Source: an uncultured Verrucomicrobiae bacterium (GTDB lineage Bacteria; Verrucomicrobiota; Verrucomicrobiia; Chthoniobacterales; UBA10450). From it: a stretch of 64,000 nt of DNA. This document shows, in pieces, positions 19,647 through 30,479 of the stretch. The translations under genes and the position numbers were made by a program. The notes beneath the pieces were generated by a model. That model searched no databases and was not told the DNA's origin. It saw nothing but the letters and a program-made list of their open reading frames with translations. The stretch lies in assembly GCA_963735805.1 (NCBI GenBank), contig CAVTMK010000002.1, positions 960,001 to 1,024,000 on the forward strand, read 5' to 3'. Position 1 is the stretch's first letter. Each line of letters opens with the position of its first letter.

Positions 19647-21482
19647 GTGCAAAGCCGAGCTGATACCAAGGGGCCCGCGAGCCCTGCGCGTCAAAGTCGC
19701 CGGACGGAGGGAAATTCAATTAGCGGACCGCCGCTTGGAAAATCTAACCGGCCGCAAAGTCGCTGGATAATCGCACAGCCTGAAGAGGTCGATGCCGACC
19801 AGTCAGCAATTTCGTGGAGCGGAATTTGCGGATCGGAATGCATTGCGCGATTGCTTTTGCGAAAAGGGTTTCGCAGCGCCGAAGAGGTGAACTCATTCCT
19901 TCGGCCGCGGCTCAGCTCGTTGAGCGATCCATTTCTGCTGCCCCAGATGGACGCCGCAGTTGGCCGCATCCTAGCGGCCGTGGATCGACAGGAAAGCATC
20001 GTGCTCTTTGGCGACTATGATGTGGATGGCGTGACATCACTGGCATTGCTTGCGGAGATGTTGCGCGCTTACGGCGCAGCTCCCGAATTGTTCTTGCCCT
20101 CGCGTATGGAAGAGGGCTACGGCTTGAGTGCCGAAAGCGTCGAGCGTTGTTTCGGGCAATATAGGCCCGAGCTGCTTATCGCTGTCGATTGCGGAACCTC
20201 ATCTCTAAAAGAAATAGCCGATCTACGCAAACGCGGAGCCGATGTGATCGTCCTCGATCACCATGAGCCGAAATCTGCATTGCCCGAATGTGTTGCGATC
20301 GTAAATCCGAAAACAAGCGATCCGGGCTTCGAGTATCTCTGTAGCGTTGGAATCGTCTTCAAACTTTGCCATGCATTGCTAAAAACATGCCCATTGCCTG
20401 ATTTCGATTTGAAATCGAAGCTCGACCTTGTGGCGCTCGGCACCGTGGCGGACATCGTGCCGCTTCGTGGCGAGAATCGTGTTTTGGTACAACGCGGTGG
20501 GATCGAGATCGCACACACTTCACGTATCGGGCTCAGGAAATTAATGCAGGTTGCCGGAGTACGGCCGCCAATTTTGCCCGAGGACATTGGCTACCGACTT
20601 GGCCCGCGATTGAACGCGGCAGGACGTTTGAGCACAGCAGAGAAATCCTTGCGGCTATTGCTCACTCACGATGACGGCGAGGCAACGTTGCTTGCGGCAG
20701 AGCTGGACCAACAGAATCGCGAACGCCAGGAAGTGGAAAAACAAATTTTTGCGGCAGCTATAGAGAAGATAGAAGGTCGGCTCGATGGGGAGGGCGACGC
20801 CGCCATCGTCGTTGGCGCACGCGGCTGGCATCCGGGAGTGCTTGGCATCGTAGCATCGCGAATCGCGCGAAGGTATCATCGCCCCACCGTTGTTATCGGT
20901 TTTGACGAGAACGGAGTCGGTAAAGGAAGCGGACGAAGTATCGAGGGGTTGAATCTGGTCGAAGCGTTGGGTTACTGCGCGGAGAGAATCGACAAATTCG
21001 GCGGACACGAAATGGCAGCTGGTCTTGCATTACGCGAGTCGAATTTCGACCTCTTTGCTGAAGAATTTCGCAAAGCTGCGCGTGAGCTTCTTTCCGACGA
21101 AGCGTTGCAACCTTGCGTGCGGCTGGACCACGAACTGGCGTTCACACAGATCGATTTGGATTTTCTGCGCTGGCACGAGATGCTACAGCCGTTTGGAAAT
21201 GGAAATCCCCAGCCGCTTTTTCTTGCACGCGAAGTCGAGCCGGTCGCTCCGCCGCGCGTGGTGAACAACAAGCATCTCATTCTTCGCTTGCGTCAGGGCG
21301 CTCGACATCGTCGCGCGGTCTATTTTGACGGAGTGCCAAATCAACTGCCGCCAACGCCCTGGGACATTGCATTTCGGATTCACGCTGACGAATATGGAGG
21401 CGAAACCCTGATCGCGATGCACATCGAAGCGGTGCGGGCGGCTGAACGTCACGCTCGTGAACAATCATCCTTCAGAAGGTGA
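19647..21482 (+). CDS. recJ: ssDNA-specific exonuclease RecJ
   Basis: GDYDVDG, DCG, DHH, PRLNAAGRL, GSGRS, FGGHEMAAG; true start may be downstream. Confidence 0.96.
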   Translation: MQSRADTKGPASPARQSRRTEGNSISGPPLGKSNRPQSRWIIAQPEEVDADQSAISWSGICGSECIARLLLRKGFRSAEEVNSFLRPRLSSLSDPFLLPQMDAAVGRILAAVDRQESIVLFGDYDVDGVTSLALLAEMLRAYGAAPELFLPSRMEEGYGLSAESVERCFGQYRPELLIAVDCGTSSLKEIADLRKRGADVIVLDHHEPKSALPECVAIVNPKTSDPGFEYLCSVGIVFKLCHALLKTCPLPDFDLKSKLDLVALGTVADIVPLRGENRVLVQRGGIEIAHTSRIGLRKLMQVAGVRPPILPEDIGYRLGPRLNAAGRLSTAEKSLRLLLTHDDGEATLLAAELDQQNRERQEVEKQIFAAAIEKIEGRLDGEGDAAIVVGARGWHPGVLGIVASRIARRYHRPTVVIGFDENGVGKGSGRSIEGLNLVEALGYCAERIDKFGGHEMAAGLALRESNFDLFAEEFRKAARELLSDEALQPCVRLDHELAFTQIDLDFLRWHEMLQPFGNGNPQPLFLAREVEPVAPPRVVNNKHLILRLRQGARHRRAVYFDGVPNQLPPTPWDIAFRIHADEYGGETLIAMHIEAVRAAERHAREQSSFRR

Positions 21483-23641
21483 AGAGCGCGAAACTATCTA
21501 AGCCCTTACCGGTCACAGATTACAGATCGCGAATGCCAGTGAAACCGTCGGCTAATAGAGTTACGCTTTCCCAGTCGCTGGAAGAATTGAATTGGATTCC
21601 ACGTCCGAAGCTTCTCGCTCTCCGGCGGCTTGGTATCGAAACCGTGGCAGATTTGCTTACCCATTTTCCTCGGCGTCATGAAGAGCGGACGGAATTCCCG
21701 AAATTTCCACGCGAAGAGAGCGATGTCCCGATCTGTCTTTGCGGCGAGGTGGTCAAGACATCGGTGAGACGTTTCGGCGGCTGGAAGAAAATTTTCGAGG
21801 CCACGTTGCAGGAATCGGACCCAAACGCGCTCAGCGAACCGCTGGTGTGCCGATGGTTCAATCTGCATTACGTGCAGAAAATGATCGCTACCGGTCATCG
21901 TATGGTCGTTTTTGGCAAGCCGCGTTTGCGCGGAAAACGAATTTGCATGGACCATCCGGAGTTCGAAGTGATCGAGAATGATGAGGAAATCTCGATACAT
22001 TTTCGCAGAATCACGCCGATTTATCCTGCGACGGAAGGCCTTTCGCAGCGCGTTTTGCGCAGCGTGATTTACCGTCTGTTGAACGAAATTTCCCGGGCGG
22101 ATGCCGGATTAAAAACATTGGCGCCAAGCAATCTCGTTTGTGGCCAGCGAGGCGACGCTATTCGCGCTATCCATTTCCCGGATAGCTGGGACGCGCGTAA
22201 CTCCGCGTACCAACATTTGGTGCTCACTGAATTCTTCACGATGCAAATGCTTATCGCGTCGCGTCGCGCGGACGCCTCAATTCGACTGGGCGAGAAACAT
22301 TGTGGGACTGGGGTGCTACTCGATAAGTTTCTTAAGTCGTTACCGTTCGAGTTAACTGCTGCGCAATCTAAAGTGATTGGTGAAATCGGGCACGACTTGG
22401 CGGCGAGTCGTCCAATGAATCGTTTGTTACAGGGCGACGTTGGATCGGGCAAAACCGTCGTCGCCATCGCAGCAATGCTGCTCGCCGTCGAAGGCGGCTA
22501 TCAAGCCGCGTTCATGGCGCCTACTCAAATCCTGGCGGAGCAACATTATGATGTTTTGTGCCGTTGGCTCGAGCGGCTGGGCGTACGCATGGCTCTGCGG
22601 ACAGCTGCGCGACAGGAAGAGAGCGGTCCGCTGCCACTATTTGAGAGTCCAGAGGATTCTGCCCGTGAGGAACTCCAGATCATTGTCGGAACGCACGCGC
22701 TCCTGTATGACAAAGTGTCCTTTTCAAATCTCGGCCTCGTTGTGATCGATGAGCAGCATAAATTTGGGGTTGCACAACGCGCCCAATTGACCGTGCGCGA
22801 ACCTGCGCCCGACGTGCTGGTGATGACTGCCACCCCTATCCCGCGCACGCTGACAATGACCATTTACGGCGACCTCGATGTCTCGACCATCGACGAGATG
22901 CCACGTAACCGCGGAAAAATCGTTACGGCTGTCCGCGATGAGTCGAAGCTTGGCGAGGTGCTAGCCTTTTTGCGAACACAATTGGAAGCGGGGCGCCAGC
23001 TGTATGTGATTTATCCGTTAATCGATGAAAGCGAAAAACTTGATGCGAAAGCCGCCGCAGCGGAGTACGAATTATGGCGGGAACGCTTGCATCCGTTTTG
23101 CTGCGACCTGCTCCACGGTCGAATTCCGGCGCCGGAGAAACAGGAGATCATGCAACGTTTCCGACGTGGCGAGACAAACGCGTTGATCAGCACAACTGTG
23201 CTCGAGGTTGGTGTGGATGTTCCGAATGCTACCATGATGCTCATTGAAAACGCGGAACGCTTCGGGCTTGCGCAATTGCATCAACTCCGTGGACGCGTCG
23301 GCCGCGGGGAACACAAATCATATTGCATTTTGCTCACGTCGCCCTCAGCAAAGGAGGTCGCCGCGAAGCTAACAGTCTTAGAAAACACAAACGACGGCTT
23401 CGAAGTGGCGGAAGCCGACTGGGAGTTGCGTGGTCCGGGCGATCTACTTGGCACGGCTCAAAGCGGCCTGCCTGCACTTAAGATCGGTAACTTAAAGAAA
23501 GATGCGCATTTGATGCGACGCGCGCGCACGGTCGCGGTCTCAATTTTGGAGCGGGACCCGCGTTTGGAATTGCCTGATAATCAACGTTTCCGACGTTTAA
23601 TTGTCGAACAACAGGGACGAACTTTTTCCAACATTAGTTAA
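21479..23641 (+). CDS. recG: ATP-dependent DNA helicase RecG
   Basis: RLLQGDVGSGKT, DEQHKFGV, MTATPIPRTL, RFGLAQLHQLRGRVGRG. Confidence 0.97.
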   Translation: MKSAKLSKPLPVTDYRSRMPVKPSANRVTLSQSLEELNWIPRPKLLALRRLGIETVADLLTHFPRRHEERTEFPKFPREESDVPICLCGEVVKTSVRRFGGWKKIFEATLQESDPNALSEPLVCRWFNLHYVQKMIATGHRMVVFGKPRLRGKRICMDHPEFEVIENDEEISIHFRRITPIYPATEGLSQRVLRSVIYRLLNEISRADAGLKTLAPSNLVCGQRGDAIRAIHFPDSWDARNSAYQHLVLTEFFTMQMLIASRRADASIRLGEKHCGTGVLLDKFLKSLPFELTAAQSKVIGEIGHDLAASRPMNRLLQGDVGSGKTVVAIAAMLLAVEGGYQAAFMAPTQILAEQHYDVLCRWLERLGVRMALRTAARQEESGPLPLFESPEDSAREELQIIVGTHALLYDKVSFSNLGLVVIDEQHKFGVAQRAQLTVREPAPDVLVMTATPIPRTLTMTIYGDLDVSTIDEMPRNRGKIVTAVRDESKLGEVLAFLRTQLEAGRQLYVIYPLIDESEKLDAKAAAAEYELWRERLHPFCCDLLHGRIPAPEKQEIMQRFRRGETNALISTTVLEVGVDVPNATMMLIENAERFGLAQLHQLRGRVGRGEHKSYCILLTSPSAKEVAAKLTVLENTNDGFEVAEADWELRGPGDLLGTAQSGLPALKIGNLKKDAHLMRRARTVAVSILERDPRLELPDNQRFRRLIVEQQGRTFSNIS

Positions 23642-25180
23642 TGAAAAATTTTGCGAAATTTTTGCTTTTTGTTTTGCTGGTCAGTGCGGGAATTTCCTTG
23701 TTGTACGACTATCGCCTCAAGCATGGCGACCTGAATCTGTCTTCCGTCCGAAAACCGGAAAAGTACACGCTGGCATCGAAGCCGAGCGTAGATCTAAAGC
23801 AGGTTCCATCACTCGAAGCATTGAACAGGGAGCGGCGTGAACTCGTTAGCAGCGTGCTCCCTTCGGTCGTTGCCATAAAGACGTCGAAAAGGGTTGCTGT
23901 CCAGCGCCAGTATGGGCTTGACCCGTTTGAGTTTTTTTTCGGTAACCAGCGACGGTTTCGCCAGCCGCCCGGTGAGACTCTGGTCCAAAATTCCCTCGGC
24001 TCCGGTGTCATTGTAACAAACGAAGGCCACATCATCACAAACACCCATGTGGTTACCGACGGGGAAGGCAATCAGGTTGATCAAATTGAGGTGCAACTGA
24101 GCGATGGTCGCACAAAAAAGGCCACCTTAGTCGGGTCGGATTCTCAAATGGATTTGGCAGTGCTCAAGATTGACAATCCAGGCGTGAACCCACTCAAACT
24201 TGCCGACTCGGACACGGTGCAGCCTGGCGATTTTGTTCTGGCCATCGGCAATCCATTTGGTCTTCAAGAAACGGTGACGGATGGAATCATTAGCTGGAAG
24301 GGACAACCGAATAGTACGGATTTTCGGGGCGATCTGCTCCAGACCAACGCGGCAATCAATCCGGGAAACAGCGGTGGGCCGTTGATCAACTTGCGTGGGG
24401 AAGTTGTCGGTATCAACGAACAAATCGTTTCCCGCAGTGGCGGTTCAGAAGGAATTGGTTTTGCGATTCCATCTAATACCGTTCGTACGGGTACTCGAAA
24501 GCGTGCTAAAGCACGGTCGTGTAATTCGCGGTTACCTGGGAATCGTAAGTCGCGCGCTGCAATCAAGTCAACAGAACGCGACCGACAGCGAAGGAGTAGT
24601 TGTCGATGAAGTAATGCCGGGGTCGCCGGCTGCGCAGGCGAAACTGCAGCCAGGCGATGTCGTTCGCAAGTTTAACGGACACGATGTCGAAAACATCATG
24701 ACGCTGCGGAAAATGGTCGGACAAGCCGAATTGGACAAAAACGTTGAACTGGAAGTCGTGCGTGACGGCAAGCCGTTGAAGGTCACAACGCAAATCAAGG
24801 AGCAACCGATCGATTCTCAAAGCGCCGGCGTTTCCCCTCGACGGGGCCAACCACAGCCCCAACAACCGCGACAGCCAAACGATCAGGAAACGAATGGCAG
24901 TCCCCTTGCGTCAATTCACGTTGAAGAGCTGACTCCACAAATCGCGCGCCAGCTCGATCTGCCTGACAATGTGCGAGGCGTAGTGGTGACCGGCGTTGAT
25001 CCAGATAGCGGCGCGGCGGAATTGCGGCAAGGGGATGTGATCGAAGAAATCCATCAGCAACCGGTCACATCAGTTGCCGACTACAACAAAATTGCTGCCT
25101 CGCTCGATCCCAGCCAACCGCAGGTACTGTCAGTGTGTCGTCACCGGACGCGCTCGTTCATGGTTCTGCGCCCGCAGTAG
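23641..25180 (+). pseudogene. degP: DegP/HtrA serine protease with two PDZ domains, split by a 1-nt frameshift
   Basis: ORF 23641 carries TNTHVV, DLAVLK, INPGNSGGPL; ORF 24395 carries RGYLGI and the PDZ domains; removing one G at 24489-24491 fuses ...NTVRT/VLESVLKHG. Confidence 0.85.
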
Positions 25181-25212
25181 GGTCGGTGCGCTGCGCGCCT
25201 TCCCTGTCAAAT

Positions 25213-25884
25213 TTAGCACGCGATCGCATGACGCCGGCAAACGCCAGAGAGCATTTCCCAAAGCGCGTCGAGAACGCGGTTCACTGAGGCTTTCACTGAT
25301 TCGAAATTTCGGGTGTCGATATAACGGCTCAACATTTCTCGTTCGGTGGCAGAATGCTCGCGGTCCGCCTCGATGTGAACGGTGAAATATTCGTAATCCT
25401 CCGGATTCTCGAACCCGTAGTATTTTTTGAGTCCGTCGATCTTCGATTCACAGATTGCCGGAATCTGGCTTTCATAGGCGTAAAGGGTCGCAAGACCTTC
25501 TGCCGTTGATCCGTTGCCACAAACTGAGCGGAATGCGTCGATCAAGTTTTTGGTCTCCGGTTGTTTCTCGGCCCCCGCGAGATCGACGTCTTCGACGGAG
25601 AGACCCCGCGCAAATTGCTTCCAAAGCTCGGGATGATTCGGCGAGCTCGCTTCTTCATCCATCAAATTATTGAGCAATTGTTTGCGCGCGACCTGATCAT
25701 CGCAGTTCGCGTGAACCGCCGATAAATAGGTCGGAAACGCCGCGACATGATGATAGTACTGCTTTGCATAATCCGCCAGCGCCTCCTTGCTCAGCTCACC
25801 GCGTGCCCATGCGAGATAAAACGGATGTTTTAACAGATGCTTTTCTGTGATGTTTTTGTCGATTTGGTCGAGATATTGATTCAT
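25213..25884 (-). CDS. CADD-family heme-oxygenase-like dimetal oxidase (putative pABA synthase)
   Basis: HPFY..W..GEL, YYHHVAAFPTYLS, LMDEE....NH, YAYESQIP, HIEADREH; closely resembles Chlamydia CADD/CT610. Confidence 0.88.
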   Translation of the reverse strand: MNQYLDQIDKNITEKHLLKHPFYLAWARGELSKEALADYAKQYYHHVAAFPTYLSAVHANCDDQVARKQLLNNLMDEEASSPNHPELWKQFARGLSVEDVDLAGAEKQPETKNLIDAFRSVCGNGSTAEGLATLYAYESQIPAICESKIDGLKKYYGFENPEDYEYFTVHIEADREHSATEREMLSRYIDTRNFESVKASVNRVLDALWEMLSGVCRRHAIAC

Positions 25885-25905
25885 AAGCCGTCTTGCAACT
25901 TAGGC

Positions 25906-25933
25906 GTTATACATTCGTAATCAAAACTGGCAA
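25906..25933 (-). promoter_or_regulatory. Candidate sigma-70 promoter for the CADD gene
   Basis: Minus strand TTGCCA-N16-TATAAC about 20 nt upstream of the ATG. Confidence 0.45.
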
Positions 25934-26042
25934 ATCACGAATCTTTCACCCTTCACGATTTACTTTTGATTCAGACCGAAAAGATCGACGTCGCATGAGC
26001 AAAGAAACGCCGGGAGAATAAGTGGCGGAACCCGAACAAATC

Positions 26043-29000
26043 TCACACCGATTTTAAAATGTGTTTGATACCGCGGACGGGGATCACGACCCAGCTGGGA
26101 CGATTGTTTAGCTCGTAGCCAATTTCGTAAACGGCTTTGTCGAGCAAATAGGCCTCAAGCATGATTTGAAGATCTTCGGTGTTTTCGGGGATGAACACGG
26201 CGCTGCCTGTTGTTTTCAAATAGCTCCGCAGAAAGACGCTGCCCAGTTGGCGATACCAAAAATCGGCCCAGCGTTCCAGGAACGGGACGTCTTCTTTACG
26301 CATGGCCGGTTGCCAAAGAGCGCTGTAGGCGGCGTATTGAAACGAGCGCATCATGCCCGCCACATCACGCAGCGCGGAGCGTTTCAGTTTACGTTCGCTA
26401 AGCGGCCGCGCCGGTTCGCCCTCGAAGTCGAGAATGACGAAGTCTTTTCCGGTGTAAAGCAGCTGACCAAGATGATAATCGCCATGAATGCGGATTTTGG
26501 CGGCATTGGTGTGACGATCGACCAGCCGCTTCTCACGTGCGAGGATCTCCTGTTCTGCACCGAGCACTTCCTTTGCCTCGTCGCGGAAGGCCGCGGGGAG
26601 ATCGGGTAATTTTTTTTCTAAGAGAATAAATGCACGCCGCAGCGACGCTCGCATGTTTTGGTAAACGGAGCGTTGTGCCATGGCGTTGAATGGTTCCGGC
26701 CGAAAAGCCGGATCCTCTGGGTACGATGCAAGGGCGAGATGCAGTTCGCCCGTGCGTTGTCCGAGCAGCTTTATTTTTTCCGGATAAACGCCGCCGATCA
26801 GCTCATCGAGCAGCGCGCCGGGAGGTGTGATTTCATTTTGAAGATCGGCTTTCCGCGCGAGGACCCGTTCGTAATAACGGCCCACCGCGTCCAGCGTTAG
26901 CGTCCAACCGTCCCCTTCATTCACGACGGCACTTTGAAGCAAGCACACGACGGTCGGTTCTGTTTTCGATCGACGGTATTCGATTGCACCGACAAATGCC
27001 GGCACATTTGGAAAGCTCGTATGCTCCGTGAGAAACCGGTTTATTTCTACATCGGGGTTAACACCATCCTCGATCTTGCGATAGAGTTTCAGAAAGAATT
27101 TGTTATCAAAGAGCATTGAGGAGTTACTCTGTTCCGCACTCAGTACCTGCGAATTCTCTGGGTTCGTGGATTGATCAGCTTCAAAAGCCTTCGCAGTGAT
27201 GCCCACAAGCTCGCCCGCACGGGCTTTCATGCTCTGACGCCTCACGATTGCCTCAAATAACCGCGAACGGCATTTTGCGTCCCAAGTTGCATCAAACAGG
27301 ATGTTTTCTCCGTTATCCCCGGAACGCGCAATGATTGCGTGCGGTGCGGCTTGAGAAACGGCACGGGCGGCCTCGCCCGAAGCGCTCTTCACCGGAAGAA
27401 CGTATGTCTCAGTAGGTGCATCGAGATAATTCACCTCAACGAACCAAAGTTGGGCACTATTGGCATCGTCCGAGATCGCAGGCTGCTCAACGACCTTCAA
27501 ATCGCGAAAAGTTCGCGCCTTCGAACCGAACCAGCGGCAGGTCTGGAGATATCTGGGCAAGATTTCGCGTTCGATTACGGCGCGTTGACCATTGGCGAGC
27601 AATGTTGCCAGTTCCATCGGCCCATTGATCACCGGCACAGCTTTCTTTCTTGGCGCGCGGCGTCCATCCGTCGGTGCTTGGAGGGCGAACCAGTAGTAGG
27701 CATGCGGGCCAAGCGTGATGACGTAACGGGATTTTCTAATTGGCCGAAAGAGATTACGGCTAAAAACTTCCATCGGTACATAACTTGTGAAGCGCGAAAG
27801 ATCCAATTCTGCCGATTGCGCAAAGCGCGAGAGATTCACTATCACCAGAATAATTTCGTCTTCGTACCGGCGAAGAAAGGCGAGGACTTTCGGGTTGTCC
27901 GGATATAGAAACTCAAGTGAACCGCGCGAGAAGGCCTTGAAATTTTTCCGCATGGCAATGACTCGTCGCGTCCACCAGAGCAGTGACGACAGATTTTTCT
28001 GCTGATTCTCTACGTTGACCGCTTCGTAGTGATATTCCGGATCGATCGTGATCGGAAGATAAAGCTGCTGTGGATTTGCTCTTGAAAAACCGGCGTTACG
28101 GTCCGAGCTCCACTGCATCGGTGTGCGGCAGCCGTTGCGATCGCCGAGATAGAAATTGTCGCCCATGCCAATCTCATCGCCGTAGTAAATGATCGGGGTG
28201 CCGGGCATTGAGAATAGAAGTGTATTAAGCAGCTCGATTTTGCGACGGCTGTTTGCCAGCAATGGAGCGAGACGCCGGCGAATCCCAAGGTTAATACGGG
28301 CGTGCGGGTCGGTAGCGTAAACGCGATACATGTAGTCGCGTTCCTCATCCGTAACCATTTCCAGTGTCAGCTCGTCATGGTTGCGCAGAAACATCGCCCA
28401 CTGACAACCTTCAGGAACTGACGGAGTTTGTTCAAGAATGTCGATGATGGGGAAGCGGTCCTCCATCTGCAGCGCCATGAACATGCGGGGCATGAGCGGA
28501 AAGTGAAAATTCATGTGCGATTCGTCGCCTTTGCCAAAGTAAGCGACAGCGTCTTCTGGCCATTGATTGGCTTCCGAGAGAAGCATTCGATTCGGAAATT
28601 TCGCGTCGACATGGGCGCGAAGCTTGCGGAGATATTCGTGGGTCTCGGGCAGATTCTCGCAGCTCGTATTTTCCCGTTCGTAAAGGTAGGGGATGGCGTC
28701 GAGACGAAGTCCATCGACGCCCAGACCCAGCCAGAAGTCGCAGACCTTCTCTACCGCTTCGTGCACGGCCGGGTTATCAAAGTTCAGGTCCGGCTGATGT
28801 GAATAAAAGCGATGCCAGTAATAAGCCTTCGCGACAGGGTCCCATGCCCAGTTCGACGTCTCGAAATCTTTGAAAATGATCCGCGCATCTTTGTATTTTT
28901 CCGGGGTATCGCTCCAGACATAGAAATGTTTGTAAGCAGTATCGTTGCTCGAGCCGCCGGCGCCAGCCGCTGTAACAGCGCGGCGTGATTTTTGAAACCA

Positions 29001-29354
29001 CGGATTCTGATCAGAAGTGTGATTGATGACCAGTTCCGTGATAACCCGCAGATTGCGCTGGTGCGCCGCATCAAGGAATGCGCGGAAATCGTCCAGCGTT
29101 CCATAGTTTGGATTGACGTCGAAGTAATTGGCGATGTCATATCCGTCATCGCGGAGTGGGGAGGGATAAAACGGCAGCAGCCAGATGGCCGTAATGCCGA
29201 GTTCTTGAAGATAATCCAGTTTTTCGATTACACCGCGGAAGTCTCCCATCCCGTCGCCGTCGCTATCGCAAAACGTTTTGACATGCATCTCGTAGATGAT
29301 TGCATCTTTGTACCACAACGGATCCACGCTCGTTTGAGTCTCCCCTGTCGCCAT
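26043..29354 (-). CDS. treS: Trehalose synthase-maltokinase fusion
   Basis: GH13 motifs PLWYKDAIIYE, LRLDAIPYL, FLRNHDELTLE; C-terminal Mak EQSNSS, RIHGDYHLGQ, DFEGEP. Confidence 0.95.
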   Translation of the reverse strand: MATGETQTSVDPLWYKDAIIYEMHVKTFCDSDGDGMGDFRGVIEKLDYLQELGITAIWLLPFYPSPLRDDGYDIANYFDVNPNYGTLDDFRAFLDAAHQRNLRVITELVINHTSDQNPWFQKSRRAVTAAGAGGSSNDTAYKHFYVWSDTPEKYKDARIIFKDFETSNWAWDPVAKAYYWHRFYSHQPDLNFDNPAVHEAVEKVCDFWLGLGVDGLRLDAIPYLYERENTSCENLPETHEYLRKLRAHVDAKFPNRMLLSEANQWPEDAVAYFGKGDESHMNFHFPLMPRMFMALQMEDRFPIIDILEQTPSVPEGCQWAMFLRNHDELTLEMVTDEERDYMYRVYATDPHARINLGIRRRLAPLLANSRRKIELLNTLLFSMPGTPIIYYGDEIGMGDNFYLGDRNGCRTPMQWSSDRNAGFSRANPQQLYLPITIDPEYHYEAVNVENQQKNLSSLLWWTRRVIAMRKNFKAFSRGSLEFLYPDNPKVLAFLRRYEDEIILVIVNLSRFAQSAELDLSRFTSYVPMEVFSRNLFRPIRKSRYVITLGPHAYYWFALQAPTDGRRAPRKKAVPVINGPMELATLLANGQRAVIEREILPRYLQTCRWFGSKARTFRDLKVVEQPAISDDANSAQLWFVEVNYLDAPTETYVLPVKSASGEAARAVSQAAPHAIIARSGDNGENILFDATWDAKCRSRLFEAIVRRQSMKARAGELVGITAKAFEADQSTNPENSQVLSAEQSNSSMLFDNKFFLKLYRKIEDGVNPDVEINRFLTEHTSFPNVPAFVGAIEYRRSKTEPTVVCLLQSAVVNEGDGWTLTLDAVGRYYERVLARKADLQNEITPPGALLDELIGGVYPEKIKLLGQRTGELHLALASYPEDPAFRPEPFNAMAQRSVYQNMRASLRRAFILLEKKLPDLPAAFRDEAKEVLGAEQEILAREKRLVDRHTNAAKIRIHGDYHLGQLLYTGKDFVILDFEGEPARPLSERKLKRSALRDVAGMMRSFQYAAYSALWQPAMRKEDVPFLERWADFWYRQLGSVFLRSYLKTTGSAVFIPENTEDLQIMLEAYLLDKAVYEIGYELNNRPSWVVIPVRGIKHILKSV

Positions 29355-29558
29355 GTGTTTAATCTTTGCCGCACAAGACGCTCGACGCAATCATCGTTCT
29401 TCGGTTGCTGGTAAGATTCATCGCGGCGCAATCCGAGTGTATTGGCCAGGCAGCGCTTCAAAACCGGTGGACGAACCCATTTGCGCAGATTAAGAGACTA
29501 AATGACGTGTCCTTGCGAGCGGCCGGCTGATGGATTTTTTGCCACTTTCTGACCTCTC

Positions 29559-30236
29559 ATGGGACGATCCAAAGTCATTTCTTCCACTCGCCCTAAAAAC
29601 AAGAAGAAGGTACGCGTGCCAACGTCGCGGACACAACGCTTCTCTGTTGCGCCGCCGCTGGAACCCGGGGCTCCGACTGACTTGGAATTGATGAGGGCGA
29701 TCCAGGCCGAGGACCCCGATGCGCTCGCTCAGCTCTACGATCGATACAACGGCATTTTGAAGGCGCTTATCTTAAGGGTGATTCACAATGAAGCCGAGGC
29801 CGACGATCTCTTACAAGAGATTTTCATGGAGATTTGGAATCAGGCGAAAAACTTTTCGTCGCAAAAAGGCAAACCACTCGGCTGGATGGTGACATTAGCT
29901 CGGCGCCGGGCGATTGACGGTCTGCGGAAGAAGCAGGCCTATGCGCGAGCGGAGGAGCGCCTGCAAAATGAAACCGAACAGCAGCCTGACGCCTGGGTGC
30001 ATAATACCACTGAAGAGGAGATCGTGCTGAGTGACACACGGGCTCTTATACGCAAGGTGATTAGCGGGCTTCCGCCAGCCCAACAGCAGGCGATCGACCT
30101 TGCATTTTTCCGGGGGATGAGCCAGCGCGAAATTGCCGCTAAAACGAATACACCTTTAGGAACGGTAAAGACCAGGCTTGAACTTGGACTTAAAAAAATT
30201 TATGACGGCCTCAAGGAGTTAAAAGGTGAACTTTAA
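29559..30236 (+). CDS. ECF sigma factor (SigK-like)
   Basis: LYDRY, DDLLQEIFMEIW, LARRRAIDGLR, LAFFRGMSQREIA, PLGTVKTR. Confidence 0.92.
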   Translation: MGRSKVISSTRPKNKKKVRVPTSRTQRFSVAPPLEPGAPTDLELMRAIQAEDPDALAQLYDRYNGILKALILRVIHNEAEADDLLQEIFMEIWNQAKNFSSQKGKPLGWMVTLARRRAIDGLRKKQAYARAEERLQNETEQQPDAWVHNTTEEEIVLSDTRALIRKVISGLPPAQQQAIDLAFFRGMSQREIAAKTNTPLGTVKTRLELGLKKIYDGLKELKGEL

Positions 30237-30462
30237 GGAATTCCAGAACCGATCACGCCTCTACGTCATTGGTGCGCTGGAGTCGGAAGAGCTGGAGGAA
30301 TTCGAAAAAGCGCGGAAGAAGTTCGGAAAAAAAGCCGAGGATTACATCAGCGAATGCTACGGACTGCACGAAGCGTTCGCACTGAGTCTGCGTCCAGCAA
30401 AAGCATCAGCTGCAATCAAAGAACGCCTCATGGCAATGGTTCGGGCACGGAAGGAGGGCTAG
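30226..30462 (+). CDS. Small soluble anti-sigma-like protein (RskA N-terminal-like)
   Basis: Overlaps the sigma stop; LYVIGALESEELEEFE...PAKASAAIKERLM; no TM segment. Confidence 0.65.
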   Translation: MNFKEFQNRSRLYVIGALESEELEEFEKARKKFGKKAEDYISECYGLHEAFALSLRPAKASAAIKERLMAMVRARKEG

Positions 30463-30479
30463 CCGCTGCCCGTGCTTTC

